From contig JADFXQ010000001.1 of NCBI GenBank assembly GCA_015233495.1, forward strand, positions 68,045 through 132,044: 64,000 bases of DNA, given 5' to 3'. The position numbers and the translations under genes were made by a program. Positions within the stretch are counted from its first letter, which is position 1. Every line of letters begins with the position of its first letter. Shown here one piece after another: positions 19,420 to 29,772 of this stretch. The notes under the pieces are model-generated. The model did not search any database, had not been told where the DNA came from, and was given only the letters and a program-made list of their open reading frames with translations. The stretch comes from Candidatus Omnitrophota bacterium (GTDB taxonomy: Bacteria; Omnitrophota; Gorgyraeia; Zapsychrales; Zapsychraceae).

Positions 19420-20322
19420 TTATGTCCCTGTCGGCCGTACCGTGAAAAAAATCACGGTTTCGGTTTTTTGATTTTTCTTTTCCCGCGTCGTAAAAGCCGA
19501 TCCGATAAAAGGTAATTTCCCGAATAGCGGGACCGGCCGGATGTTTTCTGTCGTAAAATCCTCCGTTACTCCGGAAATAATCCCCGCATACCCGTCGGGC
19601 AATAACATCTGAAACGCGCTCGTGCCGGATCCCACGGTCTGCGGGTTTTCTTCATTAAAAACCGGCTGCATTGTCAGACGCGTCATAGGGGCATCTTCTT
19701 TCAGCACCGTGTCCGTTTGCATAATGACCGGCAAATGAGCCCGGAAGTTCTTTTGCCGGAAACCCGCCCAATTTCCCTCCCAAGAAAATTCCGCCAAAGC
19801 CGGTTGCTGGTACGCCAATTTGATCTCCTGCTCCGCTAAAATCTGGTACGTCCCGATATTTTTTAACGCGCTCAGCAAAATACGTTTATCTTCCTGCGAT
19901 AAAACCCCGGCGCGTAAAAACTCAATCCGCAGCCCCCAACGATCCGATAATTTCTCCGGGGCTTTGATCCTTTGATTCGCGGCAACAATCGCTTCCCAAT
20001 CAATCCCGCTTTGATTATCCGTATTTAAAACAATCCCCACCACCTGGCCATGGACCGCCATCTGTCGATGCTCCAGTGCCGGAACCAAAGCTGCCGTTTC
20101 CGTCTGCTGCGTGGGCGCCCCAACAGCCTCAGCGGCTTTGGCCGAAATTGCCGCCGCGGTCGGCGTCTGTTCCACCGCATTGAGCGCCGCTTCAACCGCT
20201 TGCTGATAATTCTTCGGTTCTTGCGCTGACGCCCGCCCGATAAAAATACCTAAAAAGAAAACACTGCAAAGAATGCGCTGCCACATGGATTCCATCATAC
20301 ACGCAAGACAAGAAAAAATCAT
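19420..20322 (-). CDS. secreted protein with secretin-like C-terminal motif
   Basis: Signal peptide. C-terminus VPLFGKLPFIGSAFTTREKKNQKTETVIFFTVRP resembles the secretin C-terminal VPxLGDIPxLGxLF...ELLIFITP motif, but the protein is only 300 aa. Confidence 0.3.
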   Translation of the reverse strand: MIFSCLACMMESMWQRILCSVFFLGIFIGRASAQEPKNYQQAVEAALNAVEQTPTAAAISAKAAEAVGAPTQQTETAALVPALEHRQMAVHGQVVGIVLNTDNQSGIDWEAIVAANQRIKAPEKLSDRWGLRIEFLRAGVLSQEDKRILLSALKNIGTYQILAEQEIKLAYQQPALAEFSWEGNWAGFRQKNFRAHLPVIMQTDTVLKEDAPMTRLTMQPVFNEENPQTVGSGTSAFQMLLPDGYAGIISGVTEDFTTENIRPVPLFGKLPFIGSAFTTREKKNQKTETVIFFTVRPTGT

Positions 20323-20334
20323 GAAAAAATAAAA

Positions 20335-21276
20335 CTACTCCAGCCGTCGCAAACGCGCGATAAAAAAACCTTCCCGGCGCTCATCCGGAAGAATCCGGCA
20401 GCAACGCGCCACCCGGCCATCATAGGCCCGGCCTTCCCAGGCTTGCAAACCCGGATAGGTTTTGATTTCCGGCGGCACGGATATATTCTCGATGTCAAAC
20501 GCTGCCGCGGTTTTGCGTAAAAACCAATCCACCACCGCCTCATTCTCTTCCGGAGCGAAAGTGCAGGTCGAATACACCAATATCCCGCCCGGTTTAAGCA
20601 TCCGTCCCGCGTTGAGCAAAAGACCTTTTTGTTTGCGCTGCATTTCTCGAATTTTACGTAAACTCCAATAGCGCCAGGTTTCGGGGTCCGCTAAATCGAA
20701 CCGTCCTTCACTGCCGCAGGGCGCGTCGACTAAAATCCGGTCAAATAAATCCGGACTGCGCCAACGGCGGCCGTCCATCATCCGGCACGCGACAATCGAC
20801 GCGCCCAGCAGAGATACCACGGATTTCAACCGGTAAAACCGCCCTTTTACCGCCTCAACAGCGACAATTTCCCCCTGATTTTGCATCAAGGCGGCCATTT
20901 GCGTCGTTTTACTTCCCGGGGCCGCGCACAAATCTAAAACGCGTTCGCCGGGCTGCGGGTCAAGCACGATCGGCACCCATTGACTGGATAAACTTTGCGG
21001 ATAAAAACCTCCCGCAGTCGTAAGTTCAAGACGCAGCACCGCCTCGCGTTGGTCCTGCGGAAACAACAGCGCCGCAGCGCCCAGCCCTGCTGGTAAAACC
21101 GGAGTCAAACCCCGGGCTTGCAAATACGCCACAGCCTCTGGCAACGCCATTTTTAAGGTGTTGACCCGGACAGAGAAAAATTTTTTTTCTTTAAATAAAG
21201 CGGTTAGGCTGCTATCGCTGGTTGTAATGATCGCGCCAAGACGCGCCAAAAATAAGGGTGGAAGCAAGACCGGCAT
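20335..21276 (-). CDS. 16S rRNA m5C methyltransferase, RsmB/RsmF (NOL1/NOP2/Sun) family
   Basis: VLDLCAAPGSKT SAM motif and DAPCSG-like DAPCGSEG motif IV with the catalytic Cys pair. Confidence 0.75.
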   Translation of the reverse strand: MPVLLPPLFLARLGAIITTSDSSLTALFKEKKFFSVRVNTLKMALPEAVAYLQARGLTPVLPAGLGAAALLFPQDQREAVLRLELTTAGGFYPQSLSSQWVPIVLDPQPGERVLDLCAAPGSKTTQMAALMQNQGEIVAVEAVKGRFYRLKSVVSLLGASIVACRMMDGRRWRSPDLFDRILVDAPCGSEGRFDLADPETWRYWSLRKIREMQRKQKGLLLNAGRMLKPGGILVYSTCTFAPEENEAVVDWFLRKTAAAFDIENISVPPEIKTYPGLQAWEGRAYDGRVARCCRILPDERREGFFIARLRRLE

Positions 21277-21483
21277 GTTTAAAAATGCCGCGGTGAATGC
21301 GGCTTCTTGCGATGCATGACCGTAAAACGTCCATCTTTCATATCCGTTTTCATCGACCCGACGTCCGCATCCGCGGGCAAAGTGAAAGATTGATTGAAAA
21401 AACTGATACGGATCATACGCATACTTTTATTTTTACCGTCACAGCGCGTCGATTCCTGACGCTGAGCCTGGCTGGTCAACCGT

Positions 21484-22476
21484 CTACTCTTTATTCGGCT
21501 GATAAAAAATAATCTGCGTGCCGAAATCTTCAAATTTAAACGGCACCCATAACAATTTGCGCAATTTTTTCCGCACCGCTTCCTGCTGTTGTAGCGGCGC
21601 GAAAAATAAAATAAACCCGCCGCCGCCCGCGCCCAATAATTTTCCGCCTGTCGCGCCGGCTTTGCGGGCCGCCTCATAAATTGCGTCGATTTCCGGCGTT
21701 GAGACTTTATCCGACAACTTCCGCTTCAATTGCCAACTTTCATTCAATAATTTTCCAAACGACGCGAGACTTCCCCGGCCGTTCACCACCTTCAAGGCCT
21801 CGAACACCAGACTGTGCATGGTTTTCAATTCCTCCCGCCGCGAGGGGATATTCTGAATCTGATGCGCCGCGATCTGCGAGGCCATGCGCGAAAACCCGGT
21901 AAAAAACAGCATCAAGTGATTTTGTAAATCCTCCAGCCGTTCCTGGGTAATCGTTACCCGCCGCGCCTGTAAATGATGCTTGCCGCCGAATTCAATCAAA
22001 TTGAAACCGCCCAAAGCCGCCAGCGTCTGGTCCTGACAGCCGACATTTTCTTTGCACATATTCTGCTCAATATGGATCGCTTCCCGCGCCAGCCTTTCCT
22101 TGGTCGGCATCACGCCTTTCAAAGCGTAGACGGCGTGCAGCAGGCCCACTGTAAAGGACGAACTCGAACCCAAGCCGGTGCGCGCCGGCAAATCTCCGTC
22201 GTGATGAATCTCCACGCCTTTGCGCATCTGTAAATAGCGCAACACCTCGCGCACCGCCGGATGATCGATTTCGTCTAACTTTTTCACATGCTCCATCTGG
22301 GAATAAATGATCCGCGATTTATGCTCAAAAAACGGCGGCAAATACCGGCAAGTGATATAACAATATTTATCGATCGTGGTGGCTAAAACAGCTCCCGGAT
22401 GTTCCCCGTACCATTGAGGATAATCCGTGCCCCCGCCAAAAAACGAAATGCGAAAGGGAGTTCTGGATATAATCAT
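21484..22476 (-). CDS. GHMP kinase, D-glycero-alpha-D-manno-heptose-7-phosphate kinase-like (HddA family)
   Basis: MIISRTPFRISFFGGGTDYPQWY N-terminus characteristic of HddA-type GHMP kinases. GLGSSSS motif. Confidence 0.65.
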   Translation of the reverse strand: MIISRTPFRISFFGGGTDYPQWYGEHPGAVLATTIDKYCYITCRYLPPFFEHKSRIIYSQMEHVKKLDEIDHPAVREVLRYLQMRKGVEIHHDGDLPARTGLGSSSSFTVGLLHAVYALKGVMPTKERLAREAIHIEQNMCKENVGCQDQTLAALGGFNLIEFGGKHHLQARRVTITQERLEDLQNHLMLFFTGFSRMASQIAAHQIQNIPSRREELKTMHSLVFEALKVVNGRGSLASFGKLLNESWQLKRKLSDKVSTPEIDAIYEAARKAGATGGKLLGAGGGGFILFFAPLQQQEAVRKKLRKLLWVPFKFEDFGTQIIFYQPNKE

Positions 22477-22485
22477 GCTGACGCC

Positions 22486-24039
22486 TTAATAATTGTCCCG
22501 GACCAATTTTTTCTCACAGACTTTCTGCATATGCGCGACTTCCGCTTCCCCAAACCGCTCCCGCAGCCGGTTCAAATACCGGACGTCCTGACAATAATCG
22601 TCAAAAGCCGCGTCCCGGAATTTTAAAATTGCCCCGCTGGTCAAATGTTGGGTAGGCAAAGGAAGACAATCGCGGCTAAGCTGGGCATAACTGCTCCACG
22701 ACTGCGGGAGCGGCCATCCTTCGCGGATCGCGTCTAAATATAATTGTGAACCGGGATACGCCATCGCGCAATAAAAATTTGGATAGGCGCAATTCAATTC
22801 TTTCGCTAAAGCCAGCGTGGCGCGCATGGATTCCAAATCATCGTCCGGCAGACCAAAAATAAAATTCGCGACCACCTCAATCCCGGCCGCATGGGTTTTG
22901 CGGACAATATCCTTAATGTCTTCTTCATTAAACCGGCCCTTGGAAACGGCATCCCGGACTTTTTTCGTGCCTGCCTCGATTCCATAAGCGATCCAATTAA
23001 TGCCTGCCTGTTTCATTTTGGGCAGCATATATTCTTTCACCGTGTCAATCCGGCCATACACCCAAAAATTCAAATCATATCCGCGTTGAATCACTCCGTC
23101 GCAAATCGCCTCAACATGGTCCCATTTCATGGCAAACAGCTCGTCCAAAATCTTGATATTTTTGACCCGGTAATTTTTAACCAAAAAATCGATTTCCTCC
23201 AGGACTTTTTCCGTCGGGCGGTAACGGATACCCGGTCCGCCGAATATCGCGCTGATACAGCAAAACCCGCAGTGAAACGGGCATCCTAAACTGGTGTACA
23301 CAACCGCGTAAGGCGCACGTTCGTTCAAATGACCAAAACAATGCCAATTATGCGCCCGGTATCGGCTCATATCTAACAAGTCCCAGGCCGGCATGGGCAA
23401 AGAACCCAAATCTTGAATATTATCCGGGCGAGGATTACTGACGATTTTTCCCCCGCGCAAATACCACAGACCTTTAATCGAAAAATCCCGCGCCAGCCCG
23501 CCGCGGATAGAATCAAACAAATCCGGCGCCGCGCCGCTCGGCAAATCCGAGATTTGGCCGCCTTCTCCGAGAGACCCCTGCCGGGCCTTACCGTTTTGTA
23601 AAGCCGCCAGCAATTCAGCGTGCGTGGTAAACCCCTCGCCAACCATGACGAAATCCACAGCCTCTTCGCGCAAGGTTTGCTCCGGCAAGGCGGACGGATG
23701 TAATCCGGCGATCGCCCGGGGAGTTGCCGGCGAAAGCGTCTTTAAAGCGGCCAAAACTTTTCCCGCGCCCGGCATATTGCAAGTGGAGGCGTTAGGGTTT
23801 GTCCCGGAAACAATCACTGAAACGAATAATGGTTTCGCGGCAAGCGCCCGAGCCGCGGTTTCCTGCTCGTCCAGATTTTCCGCTTCCGCGTCAATCACCC
23901 GAACGGAAAATCCCTTGTCCCGCAAATAAGCGGCAGTCAAAATCAGCCACAAAGGCGGCTCAATCGCGGACACATCCTCGCTCAGTCCCTGATACAAACG
24001 TTTTTGATTATTAGCTTTAATGAGTACAATATCTGGCAT
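22486..24039 (-). CDS. B12-binding domain radical SAM protein (class B)
   Basis: N-terminal cobalamin-binding-like region, YTSLGCPFHCGFCC cluster motif, 517 aa. Confidence 0.75.
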   Translation of the reverse strand: MPDIVLIKANNQKRLYQGLSEDVSAIEPPLWLILTAAYLRDKGFSVRVIDAEAENLDEQETAARALAAKPLFVSVIVSGTNPNASTCNMPGAGKVLAALKTLSPATPRAIAGLHPSALPEQTLREEAVDFVMVGEGFTTHAELLAALQNGKARQGSLGEGGQISDLPSGAAPDLFDSIRGGLARDFSIKGLWYLRGGKIVSNPRPDNIQDLGSLPMPAWDLLDMSRYRAHNWHCFGHLNERAPYAVVYTSLGCPFHCGFCCISAIFGGPGIRYRPTEKVLEEIDFLVKNYRVKNIKILDELFAMKWDHVEAICDGVIQRGYDLNFWVYGRIDTVKEYMLPKMKQAGINWIAYGIEAGTKKVRDAVSKGRFNEEDIKDIVRKTHAAGIEVVANFIFGLPDDDLESMRATLALAKELNCAYPNFYCAMAYPGSQLYLDAIREGWPLPQSWSSYAQLSRDCLPLPTQHLTSGAILKFRDAAFDDYCQDVRYLNRLRERFGEAEVAHMQKVCEKKLVRDNY

Positions 24040-24062
24040 ATTTTATCATGTCCACACGATAC

Positions 24063-24175
24063 CAGGACACAAGTCATGTCGTTTACAATTTTTATAAATT
24101 TTGTTGTGTTTGCCTGATTTTATCTTAAAAAATAAGATTAAAATTTACAATACTTGTGTCCTGTGTCCTTGTGTC
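24063..24175. repeat. GACACAAG/CTTGTGTC element, copy 2 (reverse orientation)
   Basis: Core aaattttgttgtgtttgcctgatttt is the reverse complement of the copy-1 core. The ends are ccaGGACACAAGtc ... taCTTGTGTCCTGTGTCCTTGTGTC. Confidence 0.8.
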
Positions 24176-24178
24176 TTT

Positions 24179-25111
24179 TTAGACATTGGCATACTGATTT
24201 CGTTTCAAGATCCGGTAAGCCTTCACTAATTCTTTAATCCCGCCGGTCAGCGATACCGCCGGTTTAAAACCGGTCTTTTCGATTTTTTCATTGCTGACAA
24301 TATAATCGCGCTTGTCCGGATCTTCGCCGATTTTCGATTCGACGTAATAAAATTCCGGCACCTGTTTCTTGATTTCAGCGCACAATTCCTCTTTATTCAA
24401 ATTCGCGTCGCTCAAACCCACATTATAGGCTTGATTTTTCATGGTGTCAAAATGCGCCAACCCATGCACAAAGGCATTGGCCACGTCGCGGACATGAATG
24501 AAATTCCGTTTAAAATGCGCCTCAAACAACACCACAAACCGATCATTCACCGCCCGATAAACAAAATCATTCACCAATAAATCCAAACGCATCCGCGGGC
24601 TGACCCCAAACGCGGTCGCCAAACGCAAGGTGATCGCGTTGCCGGAATCGAGGATCGCTGTTTCCGCGTCCACCTTCAGCTTGCCGTAAAGCGAAACCGG
24701 CCTAAGTGGCGTTTCCTCCGTGCAATACTTGCCTTTTTCGCCGATCCCGTAACCGCTGTTCGTCGTAGGAAAAATAATCTTCTGCTGGGGACGGCGCAAA
24801 GTCAACATCAGCTTAATCGCGTCCAGCAAAACTGCCTGGGCAGTTTGCGGATCCTTCGCGCACAAAGGCGCCCCGGTCAAACAAGCCAACGGGAAAATCG
24901 CGTCCGCGTCGGCCAGCAATTTCTCAACGCAATTTTTGTCCCGCACATCCCCGCGAACAATTTCAAATTTCGGATCATGGCAGCAATCCAACAGCGGTGT
25001 CTGGCCATACATAAAATTGTCCAAAACCGTTACCTGATGCCCCTGTGACAACAACATCGGCGTCATCACCGACCCGATGTACCCGGCCCCGCCGGTAATC
25101 AATATTTTCAT
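24179..25111 (-). CDS. NAD-dependent epimerase/dehydratase (extended SDR)
   Basis: MKILITGGAGYIGS ... YGKLK catalytic YxxxK. Confidence 0.7.
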   Translation of the reverse strand: MKILITGGAGYIGSVMTPMLLSQGHQVTVLDNFMYGQTPLLDCCHDPKFEIVRGDVRDKNCVEKLLADADAIFPLACLTGAPLCAKDPQTAQAVLLDAIKLMLTLRRPQQKIIFPTTNSGYGIGEKGKYCTEETPLRPVSLYGKLKVDAETAILDSGNAITLRLATAFGVSPRMRLDLLVNDFVYRAVNDRFVVLFEAHFKRNFIHVRDVANAFVHGLAHFDTMKNQAYNVGLSDANLNKEELCAEIKKQVPEFYYVESKIGEDPDKRDYIVSNEKIEKTGFKPAVSLTGGIKELVKAYRILKRNQYANV

Positions 25112-25214
25112 ACAACTTTCTCCTTGCTTTTTATTCCCGACGACAAAAATATGCTAAAAATGAAAATAGCCATAAACTATTTATTGCCAATGGGATATTG
25201 AGATCTTACACCAT

Positions 25215-26255
25215 TTATTCAACCATCTTTCTTGCCGCAGATACGATGTCGGCTACGCCTGGGTAAAAGGCCTCTTCTAACACATAGCTCGACGGGGTTG
25301 GGATGTCCGGGAAAGTGACGCGGACCGGCGCGGATTTTAATGACGCGAAGCCTTTTTCTGTGACGGTGGCGATCACTTCCGCGGCAAAACCGCAGGTTTT
25401 CCAACTCAAATCCGCGACTAACAGGCGGCCGGTTTTTTTCACGGAATCCAAAACTAGCTGTTCATCAAATGGCTTGAGCGATCTGGGGTCAATGATCTCC
25501 GCGCTGATACCCAGCTTTGCTAATTCTTCCGCCGCGCGCAGGGCCTCGACGGCCATATGCGACACCGCGACAATGGTGATATCCTTGCCTTCCCGACGGA
25601 TAACGCCCTGGCCGATGGGAACCGAATACATTTCCTCCGGGACATCACCGGTGTGTTTATACAGCCAGCGCTGCTCAAAATACAGCACCGGATTCGGATC
25701 CGCGATCGCGGCTAAAAGCAAACCTTTGGCGTCAAACGCGGTAGTGGGCATCAAGACTTTGAGCCCCGGCGTGTGGACAAACAAAGATTGCAGGGCTTGA
25801 GAATGTTGCGCTGCCGACCCCCAGCCGCGGCCGATACACGCCCGGATCACGATCGGAACCTTGACGCGCCCCGCAAACATATAATGCCATTTTCCGGCGT
25901 GATTGGCGATTTGGTCCATAGCGACGAGCAAAAAATCCGGACGGTTGTGCACCGAAACCGGACGCAAGCCGCACATCGCTGACCCTAAGGCCATGCCGAT
26001 CACCGCGTTTTCCGAAAGCGGGGTGTCAAACACCCGGCGGCCGCCGTATTTTTTATGCAGATCTTTCGTCGATCCGAACATCCCGCCCGGGTCATCGACG
26101 CCCTGACCCATGACATAAACATTCGGGTCAGCGGCCAAGGCCTGATCAAGCGCCTCGCGGATGGCTTCGCCATAACTCAATTTGCGCACAGCTTGACCCG
26201 CGTCATGATCAAAATGCGGCTCCTGCCGCTCTACATATAATTTTGTCCAGGGCAT
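25215..26255 (-). CDS. TPP-dependent dehydrogenase E1 component, beta subunit (transketolase-like)
   Basis: Full-length E1-beta similarity. The start was moved to MPWTKLY because the longer ORF-track N-terminus overlaps repeat copy 3. Confidence 0.8.
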   Translation of the reverse strand: MPWTKLYVERQEPHFDHDAGQAVRKLSYGEAIREALDQALAADPNVYVMGQGVDDPGGMFGSTKDLHKKYGGRRVFDTPLSENAVIGMALGSAMCGLRPVSVHNRPDFLLVAMDQIANHAGKWHYMFAGRVKVPIVIRACIGRGWGSAAQHSQALQSLFVHTPGLKVLMPTTAFDAKGLLLAAIADPNPVLYFEQRWLYKHTGDVPEEMYSVPIGQGVIRREGKDITIVAVSHMAVEALRAAEELAKLGISAEIIDPRSLKPFDEQLVLDSVKKTGRLLVADLSWKTCGFAAEVIATVTEKGFASLKSAPVRVTFPDIPTPSSYVLEEAFYPGVADIVSAARKMVE

Positions 26256-26271
26256 AGATTCCTTTATTAAA

Positions 26272-26389
26272 TACACAAGACACAAGTATTCTGCTCGAAT
26301 GTCCTGCTTATTTAAGGCAAACTCAGGCAAACACAACAAAATATTTTCAAATGCCTAAACAACTTGACTTGTGTCCTGTGTCTTGTCTC
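26272..26389. repeat. GACACAAG/CTTGTGTC element, copy 3 (forward)
   Basis: Left end ataCACAAGACACAAGta. Core ctcaggcaaacacaacaaaatattttcaaatgcctaaa. Right end CTTGTGTCCTGTGTCTTGTCTC. Confidence 0.8.
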
Positions 26390-27356
26390 ACTCAAATAAA
26401 AATCTTCCCAATTCCTCTTTTTTCGGCAAGGGGCTTTGCTGGGCAAAAAGGAATGCCGCCTCAATTTCCCCGTCCACTGCTTCGTCGATGGCGGCAATGT
26501 CCGCCTCCGGCGCCAAATTCTGCGCTAAAATTTTGTTCTTGAATATTTCGACCGGACACCGCCTAAAAGCATCATCCAAATCTTCTGACCGGCGGTAATT
26601 TTCCCGGCCCGGATCGCCGATTCCATTATGACCGCGCCAGCGTTGGCAAAGGCATTCTAAAAAAACCGGGCCTTGACCCGAACGCGCCGCGGCAATCGCT
26701 GTTCCCGCCTGTTCATAAACTGATAGCAAATCCGAACCATCCGCCTGATACGCGGGAATATCAAAGGCGCCCGCCCGCGCCGTCAACCGCTCATTCACCT
26801 GCCGGGCAGACAACCGCGAACAGACCGCGTAATAATTATTTTCACAAACAAATACCACCGGCAGTTTGCGCAAAGCCGCCAGATTCAAACTCTCGAAAAA
26901 CACTCCTTCTTCCATCGCGGCGTCGCCGAAAAAAGTCACCGCAACCCGGTTATCGCCGCGATACCACGAGGCGAACGCCGCGCCGACCGCGTGCGGAATG
27001 CTTCCCGCCACAATGGCCGAAGATCCCATCAGACCCACTTGCGGATCAACCAAATGCATGGAACCGCCGCGGCCCGCCGCGCACCCGGTTTCCTTGCAAT
27101 ACAATTCCGCGATCATTGCCGGCAGATCGCCGCCCTTGGCCAAATAATGACCATGACTGCGATGATTGCTGAAAACATAATCTTCGCGTTTTAAATGGCT
27201 GCAAACCCCGACGGAAACCGCCTCCTGTCCCAAGGACAAATGCACGGGCGTCTTCATCTCATCACGCGGATAAAGTTCTTCGATTTTCTGTTCCACTTTC
27301 CGAATACGGATAAGCGAACGATACAGCCGGATAATTTGTTCTGCGGTCAAGTTCAT
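26388..27356 (-). CDS. TPP-dependent dehydrogenase E1 component, alpha subunit
   Basis: TPP-binding GDAAMEEGVFFESLNLAA...VCENNYYA motif. Confidence 0.8.
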   Translation of the reverse strand: MNLTAEQIIRLYRSLIRIRKVEQKIEELYPRDEMKTPVHLSLGQEAVSVGVCSHLKREDYVFSNHRSHGHYLAKGGDLPAMIAELYCKETGCAAGRGGSMHLVDPQVGLMGSSAIVAGSIPHAVGAAFASWYRGDNRVAVTFFGDAAMEEGVFFESLNLAALRKLPVVFVCENNYYAVCSRLSARQVNERLTARAGAFDIPAYQADGSDLLSVYEQAGTAIAAARSGQGPVFLECLCQRWRGHNGIGDPGRENYRRSEDLDDAFRRCPVEIFKNKILAQNLAPEADIAAIDEAVDGEIEAAFLFAQQSPLPKKEELGRFLFE

Positions 27357-27413
27357 GCGCTGCGATATTCCTTTTGAAAAACCATGCCAAATTCTGTCCT
27401 GCCGCTGCTTGTT

Positions 27414-28355
27414 TTACAGCCTATCCTGAAACCAGGCTAAGGTTTCCTTAATACCTTGCTTTAGCCCGACTTTTGGCTGCCACTGCAAATGCTTTTTCGC
27501 CAGCGTAATATCCGGCCGGCGCTGTTTCGGGTCATCGACGGGAAGCGGCGAATACGCGATGCGGCTTTTTGTCCCGGACAATTTAATCACCAGTTGGGCG
27601 AATTCCAAAATCGTAAATTCCCCCGGATTGCCGATGTTCATCGGCCCCGCATAATCGGACAATAACAAACGATAAATCCCTTCGACCAAATCAGAATAAT
27701 AACAAAAAGAACGCGTTTGTTGACCATTGCCATAAACCGTCAGCGGCTTTCCATGCAAGGCCTGGTCAATAAAATTCGGCACCACCCGCCCATCTTTAAT
27801 CCGCATCCGCGGCCCATAGGTATTGAAAATCCGAATAATCCGCACATCCACCTTGTGATACCGGTTATAAGCTAAAGTGATAGCTTCCGCAAACCGTTTC
27901 GCCTCGTCGTAAACACTGCGCGGTCCGTTGGGATTCACATGCCCCCAATAAGTTTCTTTTTGCGGATGGACCTGCGGGTCGCCGTACACTTCCGAAGTGG
28001 ACGCGAGAAAAAACCGCGCCTTCTTCGCCTTCGCCAAACCCAATCCATTGTGCGTGCCTAATGACCCCACTTTCAAAGTCTCAATCGGAAACATCAGATA
28101 ATCCACCGGACTGGCCGGAGAAGCGAAATGCAGCACATAATCCACTTTCCCGGGAATCGTAATCGGCTTGGAGATATCATGCTTCAGAAAATCAAACCGC
28201 TTCTCGTCCTTCAAATGCGCGATATTCTTCATGTTCCCGGTGATCAAATTATCCACCGCGATCACCCGATACCCCTCCAAAATAAACCGATCGCACAAAT
28301 GACTCCCCAAAAACCCCGCCCCGCCGGTAATGACGACTGTCTTACATTTTTTCAT
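27414..28355 (-). CDS. uxs: UDP-glucuronate decarboxylase (UDP-xylose synthase)
   Basis: Strong end-to-end resemblance to UXS ([56 protein letters not shown]). Confidence 0.85.
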   Translation of the reverse strand: MKKCKTVVITGGAGFLGSHLCDRFILEGYRVIAVDNLITGNMKNIAHLKDEKRFDFLKHDISKPITIPGKVDYVLHFASPASPVDYLMFPIETLKVGSLGTHNGLGLAKAKKARFFLASTSEVYGDPQVHPQKETYWGHVNPNGPRSVYDEAKRFAEAITLAYNRYHKVDVRIIRIFNTYGPRMRIKDGRVVPNFIDQALHGKPLTVYGNGQQTRSFCYYSDLVEGIYRLLLSDYAGPMNIGNPGEFTILEFAQLVIKLSGTKSRIAYSPLPVDDPKQRRPDITLAKKHLQWQPKVGLKQGIKETLAWFQDRL

Positions 28356-28451
28356 TACGATCCTTTCCGTAAATTAAAAAGACGCCTGATCATATCCAAA
28401 TTTCTATATAGCAAATACAGCAAACTATCAAAAACCGCGCGCCCAAGGCGA

Positions 28452-29753
28452 TTACAACCTCACCACATTCTTATACATTTTATCCCCATAAACGTTTTTC
28501 ACATCAAACACCAACCGCGAATGCTTCCGCACCGCTGCGTAATCAACCTGACTATGGTCCGTAGCAATCACCACGCAATCATATTTCCTCAAATTCGCCG
28601 GCGTAACCTCCACCCGCAGCAAATCAATCCCATTGATCTTCAAATAAGGAATCAACGGGTCAGAATAATCCACCCGGGCCCCGGCCTTTTGCAAAAGCTC
28701 AATCAAAACCAAAGACGGCGACCGCCGTAAATCTTTGACATCTTTTTTATAAGCAACGCCTAAAACCAGCAAGGACGCCTCTTGCAAAAATGTGTCCGGC
28801 TTTAAAATCTCCGTGATCCGCTCTACGGCATAGGCCGGCATATCCGCGTTCGTATCCGCCGATAATTTAATATATTTCGAATGAAACCCGTATTTCTTCG
28901 CTTTCCAGTAAAGATACAGCGGATCATCGGGAATACAATGACCGCCCACGCCCAAGCCCGGATAAAACGGCATAAAACCAAACGGCTTCGTCTTCGCCGC
29001 CGCGATCACCTCCCAAACATCCACGCCCATTTTATGACACATCCGGGCCACTTCATTGATCCACCCAATGTTGATAATCCGAAACGAATTTTCCAAAAGC
29101 TTGGTCATCTCCGCCGCTTTTGCGGAAGACACTAAGTGAACAGCCACAATAATTTTTTCATAAAGCAGTTTCGTTAACTCCCCGCATTCCGCTGTCACTC
29201 CGCCGACCAATTTGGGGATCCGCGTCACATCGTAATTTTTATTCCCCGGATCGATCCGTTCCGGCGAGAAAGCGAGATAAAAATCAGTTCCCGCTTTCCG
29301 GCCGCCGCGCTCCAATTCCGGCCGGAACAATTCGTCGGTTGTTCCCGGATAGGTCGTGCTTTCGAGGACCACCAATGTCCCCGGCCGGATATATCGGCGT
29401 ATAGTTTTCACCGCGTCGACAATATAAGAAATATCCGGCGTGTATTTTCGTTTGAGCGGAGTGGGGACACAGACAATGATAACATCAACCTGTGCCAACA
29501 CCGCAAAATCCATCCCCGGAGAAAACCGGGCTTGATCGATCACCTCGGCAACTTCTTTGGCCGGCATATCGAGTATATAACTCCGCCTTTGTTGTAATTG
29601 GATAACTCGGTCTTCGTCTTTATCCAAACCCCAAACTGAAAAACCGGCTTTTGCGAAATTGACCGCCAAAGGCAATCCCACATATCCCAGCCCGATCACC
29701 GCGAGCTTCGCGGTTTTATTCTGTATTTGTTTTTTTAAATTTTCCCGTTTCAT
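28452..29753 (-). CDS. UDP-N-acetyl-D-hexosamine dehydrogenase family (WecC/WbpA-like nucleotide-sugar dehydrogenase)
   Basis: LAVIGLGYVGLPLA Rossmann motif. The GGHCIPDDP catalytic Cys motif is the variant typical of UDP-ManNAc/GlcNAc dehydrogenases. Start taken as MKRENL. Confidence 0.7.
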   Translation of the reverse strand: MKRENLKKQIQNKTAKLAVIGLGYVGLPLAVNFAKAGFSVWGLDKDEDRVIQLQQRRSYILDMPAKEVAEVIDQARFSPGMDFAVLAQVDVIIVCVPTPLKRKYTPDISYIVDAVKTIRRYIRPGTLVVLESTTYPGTTDELFRPELERGGRKAGTDFYLAFSPERIDPGNKNYDVTRIPKLVGGVTAECGELTKLLYEKIIVAVHLVSSAKAAEMTKLLENSFRIINIGWINEVARMCHKMGVDVWEVIAAAKTKPFGFMPFYPGLGVGGHCIPDDPLYLYWKAKKYGFHSKYIKLSADTNADMPAYAVERITEILKPDTFLQEASLLVLGVAYKKDVKDLRRSPSLVLIELLQKAGARVDYSDPLIPYLKINGIDLLRVEVTPANLRKYDCVVIATDHSQVDYAAVRKHSRLVFDVKNVYGDKMYKNVVRL

Positions 29754-29772
29754 AATTTTCCTGATTCCGCTC

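Noticed and set aside
21279-21677. 132-aa minus-strand ORF spanning the rsmB-hddA intergenic region
   Set aside because: It overlaps the 3' end of the HddA-like gene in another frame. It is highly basic and low-complexity with no motifs. The region is more likely a 200-bp intergenic spacer.
26256-26339. Extended N-terminus of E1-beta in the ORF track (MLCLPEFALNK...)
   Set aside because: The extension is encoded by repeat element copy 3 (CACAAGACACAAG...). The conserved E1-beta N-terminus starts at MPWTKLY.
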